From the NCBI GenBank assembly GCA_964228815.1, contig CAXRAL010000046.1, positions 1 through 62,227 of the forward strand: a stretch of 62,227 nucleotides of DNA, read 5' to 3'. The translations under genes and the position numbers were made by a program. This document shows, piece by piece, positions 38,571 to 47,388 of the stretch. The notes beneath the pieces are model-generated. The model was not told the DNA's origin. It saw nothing but the letters and a program-made list of their open reading frames with translations, and made no database searches. Source of the stretch: Candidatus Poseidoniaceae archaeon. GTDB lineage: Archaea; Thermoplasmatota; Poseidoniia; Poseidoniales; Poseidoniaceae. The first letter of the stretch is position 1, and each line of letters begins with the position of its first letter.

Positions 38571-40649
38571 ATGTGGGAACATCGCAGTGTATCAGACAAA
38601 TCATTCGTGGAAACCGGGCGGATTTTGCCCAACGAGACCTACGTCAAGTTGATGGACGAAGTGGAAGCCGTGGTCGCACGGGCACAGGACGACAAGTTCG
38701 ACGCCGAGACCTTCATGACCTACATTCCTCGCAAGGGACCGTGGGAAGAAATTCCAGCTTCAGACCATTCCAAGGCTGACGCTCGAACCCGTTACATCGG
38801 TCCGGCGAGCGCCAAACTCCTCAACACCAACTTGGTGCTCGGATCGTCGTGGATCGACTCGGACCGATTCAAGTACGAGCGAAGGATCACCAACATCGCT
38901 GACTATCTGAAGCAGAAGACCATCATCAACGCCAACATGTGGACGCCCAAGCAGTTGTTCACCACGCAGACGTTCTTCTTCTGTTCAACCGGCGACGAAG
39001 AGCGCATGGGTGGTGCCATCCTTGAGGGCGACACCCGCAACGACGACCACCTGTTCCTTGGAACGGAAGACAAGGAATTCCCCGAGTGGGAAGTCATTCT
39101 CTGGGGCCTCGGCCACCGCGGCGTTGTCCCCGACTCCGACCCGCTTGACCGCGTCTATTACCCGTCGTTGATGCACCGCAACGTGTCCTTCAACAACCGA
39201 TTGGGATGGACCCGCTACTCTCCTGCTGGTTTCGGCAAGGACGCTTCAGGCTACTTGATGACTCGCCCCAACACCTGGATCTGGCCTGCTGTCAACGGCA
39301 ACCGAGAAACGGCCACGGCCTTCAACCTCCTCGTGAACCTCCCCGACCGCAGCTCCTCGTTCGGTGAAGAAGGCATTTCGGACGTCTTCCTGACCACCGG
39401 CAAGACCTCGCTTTACACCATGATGGGCATGATGCAATCCTCAACCGTCCGCCAAGCCTTTGGTGCCGGTTCGGAAATGGTTCCTCTGGAATTCCACTGC
39501 ATTGAACCCGGTCTTGACGAATGGATTGGTAATTCCAGCGACGAGGACAAGTACAGCCGTCTGTTCGAAGTGTGCGCCACGCTCGGCTACATCCTGACCG
39601 ACCCACACATCGGCACCCTTGGCGGTGCTGCCAAGCGACGTCGCCTCATCATGTACCCCTCAGACCAAGGCAACCTCCTGACCTGTGCCAACGCCAGCCA
39701 GGTGGCCGACCACGCCCTCAAGTCCAACTACGATGCAACGGTGTTCACCAAGCTCGACCAGGCCGACTTCATGAACCGTGTCACCCGCCGATTCAAGGCC
39801 TACGCCGATTTGGTCGCCGCCTCCGATGTCGCTCGTGGCGCACGATGGATCAGCCAAGCCGATGTTGACGGCGAGAAGATGATTGGACCTAACGTCCACT
39901 CCATCCTTTCCGTTCGCGGCTATGACATCCTGAACATGCAGGAGTACCTGAACACGTTCAACGACGTGTCAGCAGCTCCCGAGCGTTTGATGCGCCGCAT
40001 CATCCAGACCGTGGCCACCAACGCCCTGAAGACCGTCTACCCCGTTGACATGTTGGGTGAATCCTCCGGGCCTGCACCGTTTGAACACATCTTCAATTCG
40101 CCTGATGACAACCCGCTTGTGTACTACACCGACGTACGATTCCTCGTGCCGACCTCAATTGACAAGCTGCGCTTCCAGACCGCCGCCCGCGGTGCTGACC
40201 GTGGTCGCATGCGTGAGGCCTATGCTTCGCTGACCGCCGCCGACCCCATGACCAGCCTGTCCATTCAGGACCTGTGTCTGCCGTTCCTGGCCGACCTGGG
40301 CGAGGATACCTGGCAGACCGGTACGGGCATCACGGAGAACGAGATCGTGGTGGAAGTCACCATGGCCGTGAACCCAGCCCGTGTTTGGCGCTCCTACCTT
40401 GAGCCCACCATCAAGGAAGTCTTCGACATGCCCAAGGGCGACAAGGGCACGGCTGCTCAACTCTGGGGCGATGTGTTCATGACCAACGAAGTCCTTCACG
40501 ACAAGATGTGCAAGGACGGCAACGAGCACTACCTCAACCTGCTCAAGATGGCCTACCACTGGTCCAACAATGAGGCTCAGAAGGAGCACAAGTTGGGCAA
40601 GCACGCCAAGAAGCCGGCGGCGAAGAAATCCACGACCAAGAAGAAGTGA
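38571..40649 (+). CDS. 692-aa hypothetical protein, possibly a remote PEP-carboxykinase-like fold; Lys-rich tail
   Basis: SD GAGGTGA; strong C-ending codon bias; TTGKTSL; C-terminal KKPAAKKSTTKKK. The ORF is secure, the function is speculative. Confidence 0.75.
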   Translation: MWEHRSVSDKSFVETGRILPNETYVKLMDEVEAVVARAQDDKFDAETFMTYIPRKGPWEEIPASDHSKADARTRYIGPASAKLLNTNLVLGSSWIDSDRFKYERRITNIADYLKQKTIINANMWTPKQLFTTQTFFFCSTGDEERMGGAILEGDTRNDDHLFLGTEDKEFPEWEVILWGLGHRGVVPDSDPLDRVYYPSLMHRNVSFNNRLGWTRYSPAGFGKDASGYLMTRPNTWIWPAVNGNRETATAFNLLVNLPDRSSSFGEEGISDVFLTTGKTSLYTMMGMMQSSTVRQAFGAGSEMVPLEFHCIEPGLDEWIGNSSDEDKYSRLFEVCATLGYILTDPHIGTLGGAAKRRRLIMYPSDQGNLLTCANASQVADHALKSNYDATVFTKLDQADFMNRVTRRFKAYADLVAASDVARGARWISQADVDGEKMIGPNVHSILSVRGYDILNMQEYLNTFNDVSAAPERLMRRIIQTVATNALKTVYPVDMLGESSGPAPFEHIFNSPDDNPLVYYTDVRFLVPTSIDKLRFQTAARGADRGRMREAYASLTAADPMTSLSIQDLCLPFLADLGEDTWQTGTGITENEIVVEVTMAVNPARVWRSYLEPTIKEVFDMPKGDKGTAAQLWGDVFMTNEVLHDKMCKDGNEHYLNLLKMAYHWSNNEAQKEHKLGKHAKKPAAKKSTTKKK

Positions 40650-40697
40650 TTTCTTCCCAAAGAGGGTTGAAGAACAAGAGGCCCCGCCTCTCGCATC

Positions 40698-42281
40698 ATG
40701 GCGAACGGTAACGACGGCAGTGGGCGCGCCCCTGTTGCGATTGTTCGCCCCACCACCACGGTCACGAGCGGCGTGGGCGTCACGCAGAAACTCGTCACGG
40801 CCGCCACTGCATTCGGCGACCTGATGCAAGGCACCTTTGGTCCGCAAGGCCTTGACAAGATGCTCTACAAAACCAACGGGGAGACGGCGGTCACCAACGA
40901 CGGCGCGAAAATTGTCGCCGAACTGCTCGTGAAGCACCCTGCGGCCAAGGCCTTCGTTCAACTTGCAGATGCACAAGAACAGGCGTGCGGTGATGGTGTC
41001 ACCGGTTGCTTGTTGTTCGCCAGCGAATTGATGCGAGAAGCCGGCCGCCTGCTTGAGCGAGGTCTTCATCCGCTCGTGTGCATCCAAGGGTTTCAACTGG
41101 CCCTCGACGTGGCGCTCCAGCACCTTGAGCATCGTACTGAGACCATGGATGCCGACCGCAAACGCCTCGTGTCCGTTGCCCGCACGTCCATGACCGGGAC
41201 CTCAGCCGATACGGGCGATGATGCCCTGGCGAACCTCATCGTGGAAGCCCTCAACACCGTGGCGTCCAGCGATGGCGTTGACCACGAAGACGTCCGCATG
41301 GCAAAACGAACCCAGGGTAATCTCCACGATACGCGTCTCGTTGACGGCCTGGTGCTTGATGCAGCGTTGACGCTCGACCGACTTCCTCGTCGTCTTGAAT
41401 CCGGTGCCGTGCTGACCCTCACCTGTCCTCTTGATGTGGAGGAAACCGTCAGGGAAGCCGAAATCGAGGTCGAGCGTGCCGACCAATGGATGGCGTTCAT
41501 CGAAGCCAACGATGCGCTTCTGAAGGGCAAAATTGAGGCCGTGTTGGCCACAGGTGCCACCGCCATTTTCAGCGCCGAGACCATTGAGCCAACCATCGTC
41601 CACGCCTTGACCGACGCTGGCTGTTTCGTTTTGGGTGGCTTGGAACGCTCCGGCATTGAAGACCTCGCCCGTGCCTCTGGAGCGACCATGTGCGATCATT
41701 TAGACGACGCTGACGCCTCGGTGTTGGGGCGGTTTTCAAGCCTTGAAATCGAAACGGGAGAAGGGCTTGACGGACGCCGAGAACGCCTGTGTCTTCGGTT
41801 TGGTGAACAGGCCGGTCTCGTCACCCTTGACGTGGGAGGCGGCGACGGAGCGGCGGTCGAGGAAACGATTCGCGGCTTGTACGATGCGCTTCGCTCCACG
41901 TCCCTTGCGATGAAATCCGGTGCAGTTGTTCGTGGCGGTGGAAGCTTCCACATGGGGGCTTCCCTGATGGTGAAAGAAGCTGCCGAAGGCCAAGCAGGCC
42001 GGGAGCGTTTGGCGATGGAAGCCTTTGCCAGAGCGCTGGAGAACATTCCTTCAACGCTGGCCCAGAACGCCGGGGTTTACCGCTTGGACACCTTGCTTAC
42101 ACTGCGGGCTGCGCACCGTTCAGGGCAACAACACGCCGGCATCGCTGCAGACGGCACGGTCGCTCCCATTGAAGGGACGTGGCTACCCACTGACACCCTC
42201 CATCATGCGCTTGAAGCCGCTACCGAAACGGCCTGTGGCTTGCTGAGAGTGGACCAAGTCATCTCTGCTCGAGGCGACTGA
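40698..42281 (+). CDS. Divergent group II chaperonin (thermosome-like) subunit
   Basis: GPQGLDKML, VTNDGAKI, HPAAK, GDGVTG, FARALENIP..LAQNAG, LLRVDQVI. Confidence 0.85.
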   Translation: MANGNDGSGRAPVAIVRPTTTVTSGVGVTQKLVTAATAFGDLMQGTFGPQGLDKMLYKTNGETAVTNDGAKIVAELLVKHPAAKAFVQLADAQEQACGDGVTGCLLFASELMREAGRLLERGLHPLVCIQGFQLALDVALQHLEHRTETMDADRKRLVSVARTSMTGTSADTGDDALANLIVEALNTVASSDGVDHEDVRMAKRTQGNLHDTRLVDGLVLDAALTLDRLPRRLESGAVLTLTCPLDVEETVREAEIEVERADQWMAFIEANDALLKGKIEAVLATGATAIFSAETIEPTIVHALTDAGCFVLGGLERSGIEDLARASGATMCDHLDDADASVLGRFSSLEIETGEGLDGRRERLCLRFGEQAGLVTLDVGGGDGAAVEETIRGLYDALRSTSLAMKSGAVVRGGGSFHMGASLMVKEAAEGQAGRERLAMEAFARALENIPSTLAQNAGVYRLDTLLTLRAAHRSGQQHAGIAADGTVAPIEGTWLPTDTLHHALEAATETACGLLRVDQVISARGD

Positions 42282-42355
42282 ACAAGCGGCCATCACGACC
42301 CTGTCGCTATGTTCAAATGCATCGGACGGGGCAACTGCGATAACGGGTTCAGTCC

Positions 42356-43996
42356 ATGTCCACCGTTTCCTCGCCGCCTCGGGCGCTTCTCAGCGTGTAC
42401 GACAAAACCGGCATCGTTGAGTTCGCCACCGCCTTGGACGCGCTCGGCTTTGAGCTCCTCTCAACGGGTGGCACCGCTCGAACGCTGAAGGAAGCAGGCC
42501 TGAAGGTCACCCTCGTCTCGGACGTAACGCAGCATCCAGAAATCTTCGATGGGCGCGTGAAATCGCTCCACCCGGCGATTCACGGGCCCCTTCTTGCTCG
42601 ACTCCACCAAGCGGCCGATGCGACAGAACTGGCTCGACTCGGCTATGCACCCATTCGCGTGGTGGCCTGCAACCTCTATCCGTTTGGCGACGCAGCTGCA
42701 ACGGTGCCCCCCTTGAGCGACGATGCGTTGCTGGAAATGATCGACATAGGAGGCCCAACCATGGTTCGAGCCTCGGCCAAAAACCACCGACACGTGCTCA
42801 TCACCACGAATCCAGCACGGTACGGTGACGTGATCGAAGCGCTACAGTCGGTTGACGACCCCGCATCCGTGGCCATGGCTCTTCGTCAGTCGTTGGCCCT
42901 CGAGGCCTTCGAACACACGGCGGCCTACGACGTGGCCATCGCGCAGGAATTGCATCGACGTGTGGTCGGCGACCCAGCCGACGGGGCATCGATGGAGGAC
43001 CAACGGAATCGACTTCCTCAGAGCGTATTGGAAGCGAGCCATCTCGTCGACACCCTTCGTTATGGCGAAAACGGACATCAAGCCGCTGCGCTCTACGTCG
43101 CACACGATGCTCCCGAAGGCCACACCACCCTGGTCACTGCACACGTTGAAGGTGGTAAAGCCATGTCCTACAACAACTACAGCGACGCCGATGCCACGCT
43201 TCGTTTGTGCCGTTCGCTGTCCACCGATGAATGGCCCTCAACCCCGCATGCTTGTGTCATCGTGAAGCACAACAACCCGTGCGGTGCTGCCCTTGGAGCC
43301 ACTCAACTCGAGGCGTTTGAAATGGCCCTGGCGAGCGATCCTGAATCTGCCTTCGGCTCCATCATTTGTTTCAACGAAGTTGTGGACGAAACCACGGCCG
43401 AAGCTGTCGGTGATTTGTTCGTCGAGGTCATGATGGCACCGGGTTATACCGATCAAGCGAAGACGGTGCTCATGGCCAAGAAAAACCGACGACTGCTCAC
43501 CATTGATTCACCGGGCGACCGCCTCGAACCGCTCGAACGGCAGGTCGTCCGCAAACCCATCGAAGGTGGTGTGCTGGTCCAAACCGAAGAACCCCCCATC
43601 ATCGATTGGAGCAAAGCCACCACGGTCACCAAGGTTGAGCCAACGCTCGACCAACTCGACAGCATGAAATTTGCCGTTCGCGTTTGCGAGCAGGTCAAGT
43701 CCAACGCCATCGTCATGGTTCAAGGAACGGCGACGGTCGGTATCGGGCCGGGCCAAACCAGTCGCGTTGAGGCCGTGAAAATCGCCGCACGACGCGCGGG
43801 TGAGCGAGCGAAGAATTGCGTTCTCGCATCGGATGCGTTTTTCCCGTTTAAGGACGGTCTTGAGCAGGCCGCCGAAGCAGGGGCTTCTGCCATCGTTCAG
43901 CCCGGCGGCTCTATTCGTGATCAAGAGGTCATTGACGAAGCCGACGCCCGTGGCGTGGCCATGCTGTTCACCGGTCACCGACTCTTCCGACATTGA
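42356..43996 (+). CDS. purH: Bifunctional AICAR transformylase/IMP cyclohydrolase
   Basis: ALLSVYDKTG, GRVKSLHP, IDIGGP, LRYGEN, VKHNNPCG, KSNAI, ASDAFFPF, HRLFRH. Confidence 0.96.
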   Translation: MSTVSSPPRALLSVYDKTGIVEFATALDALGFELLSTGGTARTLKEAGLKVTLVSDVTQHPEIFDGRVKSLHPAIHGPLLARLHQAADATELARLGYAPIRVVACNLYPFGDAAATVPPLSDDALLEMIDIGGPTMVRASAKNHRHVLITTNPARYGDVIEALQSVDDPASVAMALRQSLALEAFEHTAAYDVAIAQELHRRVVGDPADGASMEDQRNRLPQSVLEASHLVDTLRYGENGHQAAALYVAHDAPEGHTTLVTAHVEGGKAMSYNNYSDADATLRLCRSLSTDEWPSTPHACVIVKHNNPCGAALGATQLEAFEMALASDPESAFGSIICFNEVVDETTAEAVGDLFVEVMMAPGYTDQAKTVLMAKKNRRLLTIDSPGDRLEPLERQVVRKPIEGGVLVQTEEPPIIDWSKATTVTKVEPTLDQLDSMKFAVRVCEQVKSNAIVMVQGTATVGIGPGQTSRVEAVKIAARRAGERAKNCVLASDAFFPFKDGLEQAAEAGASAIVQPGGSIRDQEVIDEADARGVAMLFTGHRLFRH

Positions 43997-44066
43997 AGTC
44001 GAGGCGGGGACTCCTCACGTCCTTCGTATGCCTCAGATGCAGTAGCGGGAAAACCCCGCCGTCGTT

Positions 44067-44579
44067 TCAAGCCGTGCTGGGGACGCGCCATCCTACCCAC
44101 CAAATACCGATGACGGCAATGATGGCAATGGTGGTTTGACCGAACCCCGGGTCGCCGAGGATGGTGATGTACCAAATGGAGGCGGCAGAGACAATGCCAA
44201 TCAATCCACAAATGGCGATTTTTGAATGAAACGGCAAGGCTCTCCCGGATCGATAGTAATTCAACAACAGCGAGCCAAAGACACGGTTGGTGACCAACCA
44301 TCGGAAGAGGTTCTGAGAAGACCGGCCATAACAGTACGCAGCGGCCACCAACCACGAGGTCGTGGGCCAACCTGGGAGAAAGACACCGACGGCAGCGAAC
44401 ACCACGAAAATGCTGCCAAAGACGATCCAAACGATTCGCACGACGGGGTTGGCGCTTGGCTTGTGATTCGCCAAGACCTGGTGAACAACCTCATCGTCGG
44501 AAAGAGACGCGTAGGTTTCAGCCAGTGCGAGCGAGGCCTCTTTTCGCCTCGCCGCTGAGGACCTCGCATGTTCTGACAT
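44067..44579 (-). CDS. YbaN/DUF454-family membrane protein
   Basis: GVFLPGWPTT..L..AAYCYGRSS...WL...FG. Confidence 0.8.
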   Translation of the reverse strand: MSEHARSSAARRKEASLALAETYASLSDDEVVHQVLANHKPSANPVVRIVWIVFGSIFVVFAAVGVFLPGWPTTSWLVAAAYCYGRSSQNLFRWLVTNRVFGSLLLNYYRSGRALPFHSKIAICGLIGIVSAASIWYITILGDPGFGQTTIAIIAVIGIWWVGWRVPSTA

Positions 44580-44667
44580 AGGTCCTCGCTTACGGTGGTG
44601 GGAGCCTTGCTAAAACCTCTTCCTAATGCATGGGAAGGGTTGAAACCCGTTGCTTCTTGCGCAATTC

Positions 44668-45348
44668 ATGGATTTCATCCACATTGGCGGGCGTCTCGCT
44701 TCGTCCGATGAACCGCTGCGTTGTGCGGTCTTCCTCTCCGGTTCTGGAAGTGGAATGGAAGCGCTGGTGTTGGCTCAACGAACCCATCATCCGCTCCACC
44801 AAACCGCGGTTGTGGTGTCGAATCGGGCCGAAGTGGAAGGTGTGGCACGAGCCACACGGCTAGGCGTGCCTGTCGAGGTGGTTGAGCAGGTGCATGACGG
44901 TCATCGACGGTCCAGAGCGGAGCACGAGGAGGAGGTTCTGCACCGATTGGAACAGTACGATGTGGAACTCATCGTGCTTTCGGGCTACATGCGGTTGCTT
45001 TCGCCGACGTTCCTCGCTGCTTGGCAGGGTCGTGTGATCAACATCCATCCCTCGCTTCTCCCTCATTTCCCCGGCGCTCACGCACACCGTGATGTGCTGG
45101 CATCTGGAACGGCCGTGAGCGGCTGCACCGTCCATTTGGTTGACGAAGGCATGGACACCGGGGCCATCATCGCCCAACGCATCGTGCCTGTCTTCGCTGA
45201 AGATGATGAAGTCAGATTGAGCGACCGCGTCAAGGTTGAGGAACACCGATTGTATCCTGAGGTCCTCACGATGATCGCTGAAGGCCGTGTTGTCCTCAAG
45301 GGAACCGAAGTTGAAGTTCGGGATGGGCAAGGTCTTCGGGTTCATTGA
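44668..45348 (+). CDS. purN: Phosphoribosylglycinamide formyltransferase
   Basis: SGSGSGM, LSGYMRLL, INIHPSLLP, GCTVHLVDEGMDTG, EHRLYP. Confidence 0.95.
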   Translation: MDFIHIGGRLASSDEPLRCAVFLSGSGSGMEALVLAQRTHHPLHQTAVVVSNRAEVEGVARATRLGVPVEVVEQVHDGHRRSRAEHEEEVLHRLEQYDVELIVLSGYMRLLSPTFLAAWQGRVINIHPSLLPHFPGAHAHRDVLASGTAVSGCTVHLVDEGMDTGAIIAQRIVPVFAEDDEVRLSDRVKVEEHRLYPEVLTMIAEGRVVLKGTEVEVRDGQGLRVH

Positions 45349-45826
45349 AGTTCGAAAATGCCGAGCGGTACTCCTCCAAATCAACCGTCGGGAGGTGGGC
45401 GAGCAACCTCTCAACCTGGTGAGCGTTCTCGTCGAGAATCACCCCTCTTGGAAGGTGGGCGAAGAGCGGTTGACGTCGACCGGATTCGTCCACTGGAACG
45501 CCCCCCTCTGGTGAACCATGGATGAGTGCATCCACGGCTTCGGCGGTCAGGAGAAACGCATCACAAGGAATCAACACCACATCGTCTTCCAAGGCGTTCA
45601 TCGCCCACGGGATGATGCGGTGAAGCCCCTGAAGGTGCGGAGGGTCAGCCATGACGTCGCCCTTGAAACGAGACCGGCGATGTTCCGGCCCACAGAGCAC
45701 AACGGTTCGGTCAATGCATGACTCGGCGAGGCAGGCTTGGAGTCGTTCAACGCCACCGAACATGGCGGCTTTGTCTTCGCCCATGCGGCGGCTTTTCCCT
45801 CCGGCAAGGATGACGGCAACGGTCAT
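45296..45826 (-). CDS. mobA: Molybdenum cofactor guanylyltransferase-like protein
   Basis: ILAGGKSRRMGEDKA, IPCD, QPL, NFNEPEDL. Confidence 0.75.
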   Translation of the reverse strand: MTVAVILAGGKSRRMGEDKAAMFGGVERLQACLAESCIDRTVVLCGPEHRRSRFKGDVMADPPHLQGLHRIIPWAMNALEDDVVLIPCDAFLLTAEAVDALIHGSPEGGVPVDESGRRQPLFAHLPRGVILDENAHQVERLLAHLPTVDLEEYRSAFSNFNEPEDLAHPELQLRFP

Positions 45827-45837
45827 GATGGCATTCC

Positions 45838-46047
45838 TCAGTGCATGTTGTCGAGCTCATCAAGCGCCGCTTCCAACTCCGTGAGCAGCCCGCGAACCCG
45901 CTGAAGCAACGCCTTTCGCTCTCGACTTGACCGGGCCTCTGGGAGCCATTCAAGCAGGCGGCGGACGTCCTTGGCATCCCGCTCAACGGTCCACTTCAAC
46001 ACGCTCTCAAGAACGGGGTCTTCTGCAGGGAGGAGGCGTTCCACCAT
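45838..46047 (-). CDS. Small helical hypothetical protein
   Basis: 69 aa from ATG 46047 in an operon-like minus-strand run. Confidence 0.6.
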   Translation of the reverse strand: MVERLLPAEDPVLESVLKWTVERDAKDVRRLLEWLPEARSSRERKALLQRVRGLLTELEAALDELDNMH

Positions 46048-46072
46048 GGGCAGAAATGATGGGCCGGCTCCT

Positions 46073-46693
46073 TCAACTCTCCGATTCAAGCAGGCGTTGG
46101 CGAATACGCTCGAACATTTCACCGCCCTTCGGTGCCCGTTCGACCAACGGCCTGCACGCCCCTAACTCACGCCGCAGGGAAAGGAAGAGCACGCAGTATT
46201 GATGCCAATGGCCGCTTTGTTCCGCTGCTGCCGACAACCACGCGTCGTCTGGAACAGCGTGCCCTGCTCTCACCAGTTCTTCAGCGACCTCAAGCACCAC
46301 CAAGAGCGGTTCTTGACGTTGGAGCAAATGAATGAACGCCATCCAAGGCTCCTGGCCAAGCACGGCGGGCTCGAGGTTGGCCAGCAGCATTCCTGCGACA
46401 CTGACGTCTTCTCGACCGTGCCGTTTCCAAAGGGCTGGAATGATGCGGGCGAGCACCCGTTGGTTGGGTGCGTGGGTGATCATCCACGAGGTGATTTGAC
46501 GGAGATCGGGCAACGGCGTGCCAGCGTGGAAGCGAAACCCACCGTCTGTCATGGTAACATCGGTTCGAACTTTGTTGGCAAAATCGCTCACGCACCGGTT
46601 GTAAGCTTCTCGCAGAAATCGAAGACACCGTCGTTTTGATTTGAGGACCTTGATGGGCTGCCCTTCAAGCCAATCATCGAGAAACGGGTTCAC
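46073..46693 (-). CDS. Hypothetical helical-repeat protein (weakly AlkD/HEAT-like)
   Basis: 206-aa ORF; GTPLPDLRQI and LWKRHGRED resemble the AlkD-like N-terminus; 4-nt overlap with the upstream gene. Confidence 0.55.
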   Translation of the reverse strand: MNPFLDDWLEGQPIKVLKSKRRCLRFLREAYNRCVSDFANKVRTDVTMTDGGFRFHAGTPLPDLRQITSWMITHAPNQRVLARIIPALWKRHGREDVSVAGMLLANLEPAVLGQEPWMAFIHLLQRQEPLLVVLEVAEELVRAGHAVPDDAWLSAAAEQSGHWHQYCVLFLSLRRELGACRPLVERAPKGGEMFERIRQRLLESES

Positions 46694-47178
46694 CGCTCGT
46701 CACCTTCAGGGCTTTTCTTCCGGAAGGTGTCAAAGAGGTCACCGACCAGGCCCACTGAATCTTTGAGCGTGTCCATCAAGGTGTCAATCATCGCCTTATC
46801 CCCGTACTTTTCCTTCATCGTCTCACGAAGTTCGTGCTCAATTTCTTCATGGAGCTGGTCTTCAATGTTGAACTGGTCCCGAAGATTGGCGAGTACCCTG
46901 AATTCGTCCCTCGACAGCGAAGCGTTCACGATGGCGACTTCGAACACTTTGGTGTAGATGACGCGCATGTCGTCGTGTGAAACCGGCTCGCCGCTCTCTG
47001 AGGGCTCGCTTGCTTGGATGCACCGATAGATGTAAGCTGGCTCCTCAGGTTTGAGGTTGAGCGCACTGGCGAGTTTGATGATGAGTCGCTTCTCTTCACG
47101 CGTCAGGACACCGTCCGTCAACATCACCTCGACCGTTGAACGAAACACGTCCAAGGCTCCCAGTTGTTGCGACGACAC
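46690..47178 (-). CDS. TerB-like protein (duplicated motif)
   Basis: DGVLTREEKRLIIKLASALNL and NASLSRDEFRVLANLRDQFNI. Confidence 0.65.
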   Translation of the reverse strand: MSSQQLGALDVFRSTVEVMLTDGVLTREEKRLIIKLASALNLKPEEPAYIYRCIQASEPSESGEPVSHDDMRVIYTKVFEVAIVNASLSRDEFRVLANLRDQFNIEDQLHEEIEHELRETMKEKYGDKAMIDTLMDTLKDSVGLVGDLFDTFRKKSPEGDER

Positions 47179-47388
47179 ACGCTACCGAGTGCCTCCGACC
47201 TTTTGAAGAAACCGTCAGTTGAAAAAATAGCCAAATCCCTGCTCAATTTCTGCACAGGATTCAAAAGGCATCGGCCGGTGGAGGCACTTGTTCACATTCA
47301 CTCCCCCGTTCTTCGGGTGGTAGCTTCGGACGCCGACACTTCGTCGGCCCCTTGGTCGTGGCTGTGTGCAAACAAGGAGAGAATCCAC

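Noticed and set aside
43997-44066. GC-rich stem-loops after purH as a possible small RNA or tRNA
   Set aside because: Too short, with no cloverleaf or T-loop consensus; likely convergent terminator structure
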